32,000 nucleotides of DNA from Nostoc punctiforme PCC 73102 (lineage in GTDB: Bacteria > Cyanobacteriota > Cyanobacteriia > Cyanobacteriales > Nostocaceae). Every line of letters begins with the position of its first letter. Position 1 is the stretch's first letter. The translations under genes were made by a program, and so were the position numbers. Location of the stretch: positions 3,900,001-3,932,000 of the forward strand of contig NC_010628.1 of assembly GCF_000020025.1 (NCBI RefSeq), in the 5' to 3' direction. Under the pieces are notes generated by a model. It was given only the letters and a program-made list of their open reading frames with translations, had not been told where the DNA came from and searched no databases. This document shows positions 1-8,626 of this stretch, in pieces.

Positions 1-1185
1 CACCATCTCAATGGCTTATTGGTAGGCCCAACGATGGTATCTTTAGCAATGGCTAATGTCTTTGAGCAAATCGATCCCAAAACGCACACACTTGACATTG
101 AGCAGTTAGCAGGTAATCAAAAACATTTACTTGAAGCTTTTGAAATCCTGGCCTTACAGGGCTGGGTTGTAATTCAAGGTCGTCAAGTTCAGTTCATCCG
201 TACAGGCTTATATGCGATTTCTAGAGCCTACGCTTACGGAGTCACAGTTTCTTATTTACCAACATTTGAGAAGGTTCCTGAACTGTTATTTGGCAATCCC
301 ACTATTTTATGGAGACGAGATACTGATGGACATGAAACCCATGTGAATCGTCCAGTAAATATTTGGGGTAGCGGACTAGCTCATCAGACCTACTTCCAGA
401 AAGTTGACGCGATTATTAGAGATATCTTTAACCGTCCGATTGACGAACAACCCAAAGGAATTGTAGATATGGGTTGTGGGGATGGTACATTCATGGAGCA
501 TATCTATCACGTCATTCAAAATCAGACTCTGAGAGGGAAATATCTCAATGATAATCCCTTGATTATGGTCTGTGCTGACTATAATCAAGCCTCTCGAGAA
601 GCTACTTACAAAAGACTCAAGGATTTGCAGTCGCCAATAAGCGTCATCTTTGGTGATATTAACGACCCAGACGAATTAGCAAAAACAATACTCGCCAAAT
701 ATGGAATACTATCTAACGAGTTTCTCCATGTCAGATCGTTTTTAGATCACAACCGTCCTTTTATCAGTCCCACAATGGGCAATATGGGCTGTGAATTGAG
801 TTCTACAGGAGCTTTTGTTTGTAGGGGTCGAATGATTATAGCAAATGAACTCTTACAAAATTTATTAGAGCATTTACAGCGTTGGAAACCACATATTGGG
901 CGATTTGGTTTGTTAGTCCTAGACTTACATACGATTCCGCCAGCCCTAGCAGCAGCAAATATTGGGTATACCTTAGCCACAGCTTATGATGCGACTCATG
1001 GTTATACCGATCAATATCCGATTGAATTGAATCAATTCATCGCTGCGGCAAAATTAGCTGGATTAACTCCCGATCTCCGCTACCAAGCCAAGTTTCCACC
1101 CAATGATTTGGCTACAGTTAGTCTCAATCTATTTGTGCCTATGGAAGTGGGGAGTGGTGAGTCCGATTCTGACTGGATTGTTTAA
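1..1185 (+). CDS. class I SAM-dependent methyltransferase, probably 5'-truncated by the window edge
   Basis: Frame 1 is open from nt 1 with no upstream stop. The first in-frame starts are TTG 19 and ATG 34. SAM-binding motif I 'IVDMGCGDGTF' lies at about nt 460-492. The N-terminal helical segment ('VSLAMANVFEQI...LEAFEILALQGWV') resembles the substrate/dimerisation region of small-molecule methyltransferases. Stop TAA 1183-1185. Substrate and O- versus C-/N-methylation cannot be read from the sequence. Confidence 0.7.
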   Translation, partial: HHLNGLLVGPTMVSLAMANVFEQIDPKTHTLDIEQLAGNQKHLLEAFEILALQGWVVIQGRQVQFIRTGLYAISRAYAYGVTVSYLPTFEKVPELLFGNPTILWRRDTDGHETHVNRPVNIWGSGLAHQTYFQKVDAIIRDIFNRPIDEQPKGIVDMGCGDGTFMEHIYHVIQNQTLRGKYLNDNPLIMVCADYNQASREATYKRLKDLQSPISVIFGDINDPDELAKTILAKYGILSNEFLHVRSFLDHNRPFISPTMGNMGCELSSTGAFVCRGRMIIANELLQNLLEHLQRWKPHIGRFGLLVLDLHTIPPALAAANIGYTLATAYDATHGYTDQYPIELNQFIAAAKLAGLTPDLRYQAKFPPNDLATVSLNLFVPMEVGSGESDSDWIV

Positions 1186-1243
1186 AATACGAACTCCAGA
1201 GGAGAATGGCACTAAGAAAAGCTGAAAGCTTCGCCTGGAGTGG

Positions 1244-1336
1244 GTGTGGGAGGTGTGGGGAGAATGAGGAGGAATTGAGAATGGGTGCGGCATCTATCGC
1301 TTGGGAGCAACACAGTACCTCCCACACCTCCCACAC
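1244..1336. repeat. perfect 16-bp inverted repeat (GTGTGGGAGGTGTGGG / CCCACACCTCCCACAC) with a 61-nt loop, in the methyltransferase-PKS1 spacer
   Basis: Read directly: left arm 1244-1259, right arm 1321-1336, exact reverse complements. Each arm is an internal GTGTGGG..GTGTGGG duplication. The surroundings are G/A-rich (1238-1290). Function is unknown (RNA hairpin, attenuator, or repeat element). Confidence 0.6.
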
Positions 1337-4300
1337 TCAAAAGCCTTACAAATAATGGATTCGCCGTTATCTTAGTGCCATTCCTCCAGAGGATACGAAG
1401 AGTTCATCAGGTCATACTGCAAAATCAAGTAGGTGGATTAGAGTTGTCTAATAACTTTAACGAAAAAGCGATCGCCATTATCGGGATGTCGGGACGTTTT
1501 CCCAAAGCAAACAACCTGGATGAATACTGGCAAAATCTCAAAAATGGGGTTGAATGTATTTCATTTCTGAGCGATGAGGAACTAGCGGCGGAAGGTGTAG
1601 ATGCTTCTACCCTTAACGATCCCAAGTATGTCAAAGCCATTCCGATGATTGACAATGTGGAATACTTCGATGCCGGATTCTTTAGCTATTCACCTAGAGA
1701 AGCCAAACTCATTGATCCTCAACATCGTGTATTTCTAGAGTGTGCTTGGGAAGCTCTAGAAGATGCTGGGTGCGACCCTGAGAACTATGAGCATCCTATC
1801 GGTTTTTACGCAGGAGCAAGTATTAATACTTACATTCTGGATTGTATTTTAGGCGATCGCTTGCGTCCTAAACTTGATTTTGAAAGCTTCTTGGAAACCT
1901 TCGTTGGTAGTGACAAAGACTTTCTCACCAGTCGCGTATCTTACAGATTAAATTTGAGAGGGCCTAGCGTCACAGTCCAAACGGCTTGTTCCACTTCCTT
2001 AGTTGCAGTACATTTAGCTTGTCAAGGCTTGTTGAATGGCGACTGCAATATGGCTTTAGCTGGAGCAATTTCCGTCAGAGTACCTCATCGTGCTGGTTAT
2101 TACTATCGTGGTGGTGGTATTGTTTCTCCTGATGGACATTGCCGCGCCTTTGATGCCGAGGCTGGGGGGACTGTTTTTGGTAGCGGTGGTGGAATTGTCG
2201 TTTTGAAGAAGTTAGCGAATGCTTTAGAAGATGGCGATCGCATTCACGCTATCATTCGGGCGACAGCAATTAACAATGATGGTGCCCTCAAAACTAGTTA
2301 CACTGCACCAGGGGTAATCGGACAGAAAAACGCCATCATTGATGCTCTATCCAAAGCTGGGATTAGTCCTGAAACCATCTCATATATCGAAGCTCACGGC
2401 ACCGGTACTCCCATTGGCGACCCCATCGAAATCGATGCCTTAACCCAGGCATTTCACACACAAACTCAAAAACAGGGATTTTGTGCGATCGGTTCGGTCA
2501 AGCCAAATATCGGTCATTTGGATGTAGCATCGGGTATGGCTGGACTAATCAAGCTGATTCTGGCTTTGAAACACCAGCAGATACCACCAAGTATTAACTT
2601 TAACCAACCAAATCCACACATTGACTTTGCCAGTAGTCCCTTTTACGTCAATACAAAACTCTCGCCTTGGCAAACCAATCAAATTCCCCGCCGCGCTGGA
2701 GTGACAGCCCTTGGGCTGGGAGGGACTAATGCCCATGCGATTCTTGAGGAAGCGCCAACTGGGAATGACGGCGATAAGGAAGATCAGGGTGATGGGTATT
2801 ATTTACTACCTTTGTCTGCGAGAAGTTCAGAAGCCTTAAAGTGTTTAGCAAAGTCCTATCAAGACTTTCTTAGCACTCGACCAGAAAGTCTACCAGACAT
2901 TTGCTACACTGCCAGCGTCCGCCGCAGTCATCATACTCATCGGCTGAGTTTGTTAGTCCGTTCCCGCGATGAACTATTGCAGTTACTAGAAACATACCTC
3001 CAGGGAGAACTACACTCACAGATTACAACGGGTATCCAAACTCCAGATCGTCAGCATCTACCGATTTTTATCTTCCCTGGACAAGGTTCTCAGTGGTTGG
3101 GTATGGGACGCAAGTTATTACAGCAAGAACCTGTATTTAAGGCTGCTATAGTTCAGTGTGATCAAGCTATCAATCAATATACAAATTGGTCATTGCTCGA
3201 ACAATTGATATTTGACGAGGCTGATTCACGTTTAGCAGAAATTGATGTTATCCAACCGACTTTATTTGCCGTTGAGATAGCCTTGGCAATGCTTTGGCAA
3301 TCATGGGGGATTAAACCTGCGGCTGTCGTCGGTCACAGCATGGGAGAAGTAGCAGCAGCTTATATCGCAGGTGCTTTAAACTTAGAAGATGCCGCCAAGA
3401 TTATCTGTAAGCGCAGCCAAGTAATTAAACGGGTTAGCGGTCAGGGTGCAATGGCTGTAGTTGGTTTATCTTTGGAACAAGCCCAAAAGGTGATAGTTGG
3501 CTATGAAAACTGCGTATCTGTAGCCGTGAGCAATGGCCCGATATCCACTGTTTTATCAGGCGATCCCAAGGCGATAGAAACTATTCTGGCGAATTTACAA
3601 GCCAAAAATATTTTTTGCCGCTTAGTGAAAGTAGATGTCGCTTCCCACAGTCCGCAAATGGAACCTTTACAAGAGGAACTGCGGCAACTTTTACAAGGAA
3701 TTCAACCTCAAGCAGCAACTATCCCCATCTATTCCACAGTCACAGGTAAATTAATTGATGGCTTGGATTTAGATACAACCTATTGGGTAAAGAATTTACG
3801 AGAGCCTGTATTGTTCTCGACGGCTATTCAAAGCTTGATAGGTGAAGGACATGAAGTTTTTCTCGAAATTAGCCCGCATCCAATTTTAACCACAGCCATT
3901 GAGCAAGGACTACAGTATAGCGATCGCCAAGGTGTTGTACTTCCTTCCCTGAAACGCAACGAAGATGAATTAGCTGTGATGCTCAATTCCCTTGGTGCGG
4001 TGTATACTGCGGGATATCCTGTAAATTGGCGCAAACTCTATCCCGACGGTGAAAACCACATTCAACTACCCACTTATCCCTGGCAACGTCAGCGATACTG
4101 GTTAGATAGAAAAATTGCCCGCAAAACACCACTTCCAGAAGAAACGAATAAATCTGCAATATCAGAAGAATGCACCGATTTGTTCTATGATCTAACTTGG
4201 CGGTTGAAACCACAACAAAATTCCACTAGTAAAAATAACCAAGATAGTTTGTGGTTGATTTTTAGCGATCGTCAAGGCTTAGGAACTGCCTTAGCATCCC

Positions 4301-6132
4301 AATTACAGGCGCAAGGTGCAACTTGTTACTTTGTGATACCTGGCAATAGTTACAGCGAATCTTCACAAGGACATTTCACAATCAATCCTACCGATCCCGA
4401 AGATTTGCAGCAACTAATCAAAGATGCAAAGGCAAGCAGTCAGCTACCTCTGCGGGGAATCGTGTATTTGTGGAGCCTGGATATTGCTTCTGCACAAGTC
4501 ACCGAAACATCCTTGCAAGATGCCGAAAAGTTACTCTGCGGTAGCGTGCTGCACTTGATTCAAGCCTTGGTGAAAAATCCCCCGTCAGACTGGCCGCATT
4601 TATGGTTAGTCACGCAAAACACCCAACCAGTCAAATCTTCCGTCAATTCTCAGGCGCTACCCCAATCACTTTTATGGGGACTGGGAAGGGTGATAGCACT
4701 GGAACACCCAGAATTGTGGGGTGGTTTAATTGACCTTGATAAAACCACCGCAGACCAAGCAGCCATCCTGTTGGCAGAAATCCAAACAGCCGACGGAGAG
4801 GATCAAGTTGCTTGGCGTGATGGTCAAAGATATGTTGCACGTCTCGTCACCAGTACCGTGCCAAAGGCATTGAAGCCGTTAACAGAATTTAATACCGATG
4901 GCACTTACTTAATCACAGGTGGTTTAGGAGGACTAGGTTTAAAACTGGCAGCTTGGTTAGTCGCCAAAGGTGCAAGACACCTAGTTCTCACAGGTAGACA
5001 AGGATTGCCAGAGCGTTCTTTATGGAATACCTTACCGCCAGATGACAAGCACAAAAAGGCAATTACAGCCATTCAAACATTAGAAGCTCAAGGTGCAACA
5101 GTTAAAGTTGTGCAAGCGGATGTCAGCAACTTTAGCCAGATGCAAGCTGTATTTGCCAGCAATACTCACTGGCGCGGCATCATCCATGCAGCTGGGATTT
5201 CTATCCCTCAAAACTTGGCAGAGATGAGTTTAAGCACATATCAAAATGTCTTAGCAGCCAAAGTTAGCGGTACTTGGATATTGCATCAGTTGACTCAAAA
5301 TCTCCAACTAGACTTTTTGATTTTGTTTTCCTCAGCCGCCGCCATCTGGGGTTCTAGCGGACTTGCGCCTTATGCGTCAGCAAACCACTTCTTGGATATT
5401 TTGGCTCATTATCGCCAAGGAAACAACTTACCAGTATTGAGTGTTAACTGGGGTAGTTGGGATGAGATAAACGTTGTTGCAGCTGAAGTCCAAAGCCTGT
5501 GGTCGCGTGTCGGGTTAAAACCGATGGCTGTCACACAAACCCTAGAAGCGTTGAAGTTATGTTTGCAATCAGGTGTAGTACAAAAAACAGTCGCAGATGT
5601 TGACTGGAGTATCTTTAAACCCACATTTGAAGTCAGACGACACAGACCGCTACTAGCAGAGTTGGGACAACCGCAGGAAAAACAAGAAAATAGCGCTGTA
5701 AGCAAGTCAGAGCTATTGTTGCAGCTAGAGAAGAGTTTAGCAGGCGATCGCCATAACTTACTCATCACTCATCTGCAAATGATAGTGAGTGAGATTTTGG
5801 ATCTAGACCCAGAAAATCCTCCCGAAAACCAGCAAGGATTTTTCCAAATGGGTATGGATTCTCTCATGTCTATCCAACTAAAAAATCGGCTAGAAGCAAG
5901 TTTAAACCATCCCCTACCTTCAACCCTCGCTTTTGATTATCCCAACATCGAAATGCTAGCTAACTATCTAACACAAGAAGTACTAGCTCCAATTTTCCGT
6001 CAACATCTTGAAACAACCCAAGATATATCTACACAGCCAACATCACAAAATCAAAGCAATAGCTTAGATGAGCTTTTCTTGCAAATAGAATCGCTTTCCG
6101 AAGACGCAGTAACACAGTTATTTTTGAACTAG
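1285..6132 (+). CDS. modular type I polyketide synthase, one module: KS-AT-KR-ACP
   Basis: KS: 'IAIIGMSGRFP', active-site Cys in 'TACSTSL' (codon 1987-1989), 'EAHGTGT', 'NIGH'. AT: 'GQGSQ', 'GHSMGE' (Ser codon 3337-3339), 'IDVIQP', 'VASH'. No DH between 'YPWQRQRYW' and the KR structural half. KR: 'TGGLGGLG' (about 4915-4938), 'AAIWGSSG...YASAN'. ACP: 'GMDSL' (Ser 5860-5862). The start is uncertain: nt 1285 is a GTG and this reading frame runs through the hairpin arm. In-frame alternatives are GTG 1375 and TTG 1444, the latter 13 codons before the conserved KS N-terminus. Confidence 0.93.
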   Translation: MRHLSLGSNTVPPTPPTLKSLTNNGFAVILVPFLQRIRRVHQVILQNQVGGLELSNNFNEKAIAIIGMSGRFPKANNLDEYWQNLKNGVECISFLSDEELAAEGVDASTLNDPKYVKAIPMIDNVEYFDAGFFSYSPREAKLIDPQHRVFLECAWEALEDAGCDPENYEHPIGFYAGASINTYILDCILGDRLRPKLDFESFLETFVGSDKDFLTSRVSYRLNLRGPSVTVQTACSTSLVAVHLACQGLLNGDCNMALAGAISVRVPHRAGYYYRGGGIVSPDGHCRAFDAEAGGTVFGSGGGIVVLKKLANALEDGDRIHAIIRATAINNDGALKTSYTAPGVIGQKNAIIDALSKAGISPETISYIEAHGTGTPIGDPIEIDALTQAFHTQTQKQGFCAIGSVKPNIGHLDVASGMAGLIKLILALKHQQIPPSINFNQPNPHIDFASSPFYVNTKLSPWQTNQIPRRAGVTALGLGGTNAHAILEEAPTGNDGDKEDQGDGYYLLPLSARSSEALKCLAKSYQDFLSTRPESLPDICYTASVRRSHHTHRLSLLVRSRDELLQLLETYLQGELHSQITTGIQTPDRQHLPIFIFPGQGSQWLGMGRKLLQQEPVFKAAIVQCDQAINQYTNWSLLEQLIFDEADSRLAEIDVIQPTLFAVEIALAMLWQSWGIKPAAVVGHSMGEVAAAYIAGALNLEDAAKIICKRSQVIKRVSGQGAMAVVGLSLEQAQKVIVGYENCVSVAVSNGPISTVLSGDPKAIETILANLQAKNIFCRLVKVDVASHSPQMEPLQEELRQLLQGIQPQAATIPIYSTVTGKLIDGLDLDTTYWVKNLREPVLFSTAIQSLIGEGHEVFLEISPHPILTTAIEQGLQYSDRQGVVLPSLKRNEDELAVMLNSLGAVYTAGYPVNWRKLYPDGENHIQLPTYPWQRQRYWLDRKIARKTPLPEETNKSAISEECTDLFYDLTWRLKPQQNSTSKNNQDSLWLIFSDRQGLGTALASQLQAQGATCYFVIPGNSYSESSQGHFTINPTDPEDLQQLIKDAKASSQLPLRGIVYLWSLDIASAQVTETSLQDAEKLLCGSVLHLIQALVKNPPSDWPHLWLVTQNTQPVKSSVNSQALPQSLLWGLGRVIALEHPELWGGLIDLDKTTADQAAILLAEIQTADGEDQVAWRDGQRYVARLVTSTVPKALKPLTEFNTDGTYLITGGLGGLGLKLAAWLVAKGARHLVLTGRQGLPERSLWNTLPPDDKHKKAITAIQTLEAQGATVKVVQADVSNFSQMQAVFASNTHWRGIIHAAGISIPQNLAEMSLSTYQNVLAAKVSGTWILHQLTQNLQLDFLILFSSAAAIWGSSGLAPYASANHFLDILAHYRQGNNLPVLSVNWGSWDEINVVAAEVQSLWSRVGLKPMAVTQTLEALKLCLQSGVVQKTVADVDWSIFKPTFEVRRHRPLLAELGQPQEKQENSAVSKSELLLQLEKSLAGDRHNLLITHLQMIVSEILDLDPENPPENQQGFFQMGMDSLMSIQLKNRLEASLNHPLPSTLAFDYPNIEMLANYLTQEVLAPIFRQHLETTQDISTQPTSQNQSNSLDELFLQIESLSEDAVTQLFLN

Positions 6133-6152
6133 TTTTTCAGGAGAATAAAGCA

Positions 6153-6404
6153 ATGTCCATCATCTACACCGTTTTAGATAACATCTCTCAAATGTCAGGA
6201 ATCAAAAAAATACTAGCGATTCTCAGCACATTTTTTATTGTGTCAATTTTGATTACAGGTTTATACTTACTCTTTAGAACGTATAATGAAGTAGGCTTAA
6301 TTTCCATCATGTCAATTTACTTTATTTTGATGCCTCGTGATTCTTTTCTTGAGCGAAAAGAAATGAGAAAAATGGAAAAGCGAATGAATGTAGTCAAAGT
6401 CTAA
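6153..6404 (+). CDS. hypothetical small membrane protein (83 aa), doubtful
   Basis: ATG preceded by AGGAG ('caggagaataaagcaATG'). Two hydrophobic stretches ('ILAILSTFFIVSILITGLYLLF', 'GLISIMSIYFILM'). Very AT-rich, with no recognisable family. It could be a chance ORF in AT-rich spacer. Confidence 0.3.
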   Translation: MSIIYTVLDNISQMSGIKKILAILSTFFIVSILITGLYLLFRTYNEVGLISIMSIYFILMPRDSFLERKEMRKMEKRMNVVKV

Positions 6405-6527
6405 ATAAAAAAATCTCATAAATCTTTCTGCATCAAACAATTTTGGATTTTAAATTGAGATGATACCTGTTTGTGCAGCGTTCCCACAGGGTATATTGGG
6501 GCTTGCTTCAGAATTTTGAGATTTTAA

Positions 6528-6549
6528 TTTTGGAATTTTAAATCCAAAA
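6528..6549. promoter_or_regulatory. palindromic site TTTTGGA-N8-TCCAAAA in the AT-rich spacer upstream of the thioesterase gene; candidate operator/promoter element
   Basis: Read directly: 7-bp inverted arms at 6528-6534 and 6543-6549. A related copy 'AATTTTGGATTTTAAATT' at 6439-6456 is a 16/17 inverted match to 6534-6550. It lies about 80 nt upstream of ATG 6627. No known binding-site consensus was recognised (not NtcA GTA-N8-TAC). Confidence 0.25.
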
Positions 6550-6626
6550 TATAAAATTATCTAAAAATTAAACACTCGCCCAAAAATTATCTTTCCAACT
6601 CCAGCTAAGTAAAAATAAGAAAAGCG

Positions 6627-7394
6627 ATGACTGCTACCAAAGAACTTAACACCTGGATTTTTTCACCAAAACTAAATACAAAAGCTAAACTTCGCTTCTT
6701 TTGCTTTCCTTATGCTGGAGGTGGTACTTCATTATTTCGAGATTGGGTTAATGGCTTACCTTCAGATGTAGAAGTATGCCAAGTTCTGCTTCCAGGACAC
6801 GATACTCGCATCAAAGAAAAGCCATTTTCCCATCTCATTACCTTAATAGAAGCAATGGTTCCAGGGTTATTACCCTACCTGGATATGCCATTTGTTTTTT
6901 ATGGTCATAGCATGGGAGCATTGCTGTGTTTTGAAGCGGCTCGTCGCCTTAGCAAACAACATAATTTAGAACCCAGACATTTATTTGTTTCTGGTAGCCG
7001 CGCTCCACAAACTCCATGTTTTCTAAAACCCACACATCATTTACCAGGTAACTTATTTATCGATGAAATCAACAAGCGCTACAAAGCCATCCCCAAGGAG
7101 ATTTTAAATAACCAAGAAATCATGCAGTTATTTTTGCCAGTTCTTAAAGCAGACTTTTCAATAATTGAAACTTATGAATATACTCCTGACTTACCATTAA
7201 ATTGTTCCATTTCCGCCTTTGGTGGACTGCAAGACGAAATGGTAAATATAGAAGATATTGCTGCATGGCAAGACCAAACATCTGGAAGATTTACCTTGCA
7301 GATGATTGAGGGAGAGCATTTTTTCATCAATCATAAAAAACAAGAAATACTGAAAGCTATATCTGAGCAACTAGTAGAAACCTTAACAATTTAA
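6627..7394 (+). CDS. type II (editing) thioesterase, alpha/beta hydrolase
   Basis: 255 aa. 'FCFPYAGGG' N-terminal motif, nucleophile elbow 'GHSMGA', and C-terminal 'GEHFF' His region, all typical of free-standing PKS/NRPS TEII proteins. Confidence 0.9.
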   Translation: MTATKELNTWIFSPKLNTKAKLRFFCFPYAGGGTSLFRDWVNGLPSDVEVCQVLLPGHDTRIKEKPFSHLITLIEAMVPGLLPYLDMPFVFYGHSMGALLCFEAARRLSKQHNLEPRHLFVSGSRAPQTPCFLKPTHHLPGNLFIDEINKRYKAIPKEILNNQEIMQLFLPVLKADFSIIETYEYTPDLPLNCSISAFGGLQDEMVNIEDIAAWQDQTSGRFTLQMIEGEHFFINHKKQEILKAISEQLVETLTI

Positions 7395-7409
7395 TTCTCG
7401 GAGGTAGCT

Positions 7410-7640
7410 TTGGAAACCCTAACAGATATTTTTTCAGATGTATTAAACATCTCACCTTTAGAAATCACAGATCAACTCAGCCCCAATACTCTCAAAAATT
7501 GGAACAGTATGGCGCACATGAAGCTAGTAATGGCTATAGAAGAAGCCTACAATATAGTTTTCACAGTTGACGATGTGAAATCTGTAAAATCCTTCGCAGA
7601 CGCTCGCCAAATTCTACTTCAAAAAGGAGTCGAATCCTAA
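7410..7640 (+). CDS. free-standing acyl carrier protein (ACP-A)
   Basis: 76 aa. TTG start 5 nt after a strong GGAGG (7400-7404). Four-helix-size protein with candidate phosphopantetheine Ser in 'KNWNSMAHMKLVMAIEE' (Ser codon 7506-7508). This is a WDSxxH-type carrier motif with Asn in place of Asp. It sits 20 nt upstream of the E1alpha gene. Confidence 0.75.
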   Translation: METLTDIFSDVLNISPLEITDQLSPNTLKNWNSMAHMKLVMAIEEAYNIVFTVDDVKSVKSFADARQILLQKGVES

Positions 7641-7660
7641 CCTCTAAAATTACCTTCTGT

Positions 7661-8626
7661 GTGAGCTTTTTCTACACCCCAGCATCAGCCATGAAACTTG
7701 ATACCCTCCCCCCAATCCGAGAAACTCGAAAACTGACTCCAATTTCAGATGATGACTTAGCAATCATACTGATGATTCGCCACTTTGAATTATCACTTTT
7801 AGAGCTATTTTCTAGTGGTAAATTAAACGGTACAACCCATACTTGCCTCGGTCAAGAATACATCCCTGTAGCACTCAAGGCAGTTTTAACTGATAGTGAC
7901 TTTATCCTCAGCAATCATCGCGGACACGGCCATTACCTCGCAAGATTTGAAGATCCTGAAGGCTTGTTAGCAGAAATTATGGGTAAAGAAGGTGCAGTTT
8001 GTCATGGTGTGGGTGGAAGTCAGCACATCTACAGAAAAAATTATTTATCTACAGGAATTCAAGGCGAAAGTTTGCCTGTAGCTGCTGGGATAGCCTTGCA
8101 TTTACGCCGCCAAGGTAACTTTGGGATGGCTGTAGTTCACATTGGCGATGGTACTTGGGGTGAAGGAGGAGTTTACGAAGCCTTAAACATTGCCCAATTG
8201 TGGGGTTTACCTGTTTTAGTAATTGTAGAAAATAACAAAATAGCTCAGTCTACTCCTACTCAACTGCAAATGGCAGGCACAATTGCAGGTCGTGTTCAAG
8301 GTTTTGGAATTAATTATTTAAAAGTAGACTCAATAGATATTAACGAGATTAGGACACTGATTAGCTCTCACATTCAATCTGCTAGAACTAAATCTTTGCC
8401 CTTAGTAATTGAATTTGATACTAATCGAGTCGGCCCCCATAGTAAAGGTGACGATACACGAGATATTCAAGAACTAGAAAGAATTCAAAAATGGGATTGG
8501 TATTCAGTTTATCAACAGCAATATTCCGACCAATTTGAGCGGATAGAGCTAAAAGTTAAAACTGAAATAAGTAGCTTGATTAGAGATGTTGAATCTAGAG
8601 AATTAGTACAATGGAAACTACTCTAA
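7661..8626 (+). CDS. thiamine-diphosphate-dependent 2-oxoacid dehydrogenase E1 component, alpha subunit
   Basis: 'NHRGHGH' motif and TPP-binding 'GDGTWGEGGVYEALNIAQLWGLPVLVIVENN' (GDG...NN). The size fits E1alpha of PDH/BCKDH/acetoin dehydrogenase. Start is GTG 7661, or alternatively ATG 7691. Confidence 0.9.
   Translation: MSFFYTPASAMKLDTLPPIRETRKLTPISDDDLAIILMIRHFELSLLELFSSGKLNGTTHTCLGQEYIPVALKAVLTDSDFILSNHRGHGHYLARFEDPEGLLAEIMGKEGAVCHGVGGSQHIYRKNYLSTGIQGESLPVAAGIALHLRRQGNFGMAVVHIGDGTWGEGGVYEALNIAQLWGLPVLVIVENNKIAQSTPTQLQMAGTIAGRVQGFGINYLKVDSIDINEIRTLISSHIQSARTKSLPLVIEFDTNRVGPHSKGDDTRDIQELERIQKWDWYSVYQQQYSDQFERIELKVKTEISSLIRDVESRELVQWKLL

Noticed and set aside
1242-1285. G-tracts (GGG at 1242, 1248, 1257, 1283) considered as a G-quadruplex.
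   Set aside because: The fourth tract needs a 22-nt loop, and the same bases are better explained by the perfect inverted repeat.
1285-1443. The 53-aa N-terminal extension of PKS1 ('MRHLSLGSNTVPPTPPTLKS...') implied by the track.
   Set aside because: It starts at a GTG inside the hairpin loop and reads through the repeat arm. It has no similarity to docking or KS sequence. It is kept only as the maximal ORF boundary.
6463-6494. Imperfect hairpin ATACCTGT...ACAGGGTAT, considered as a terminator after the small ORF.
   Set aside because: The stem needs a G-U pair and a bulge, and no downstream U-tract follows. Support is too weak.
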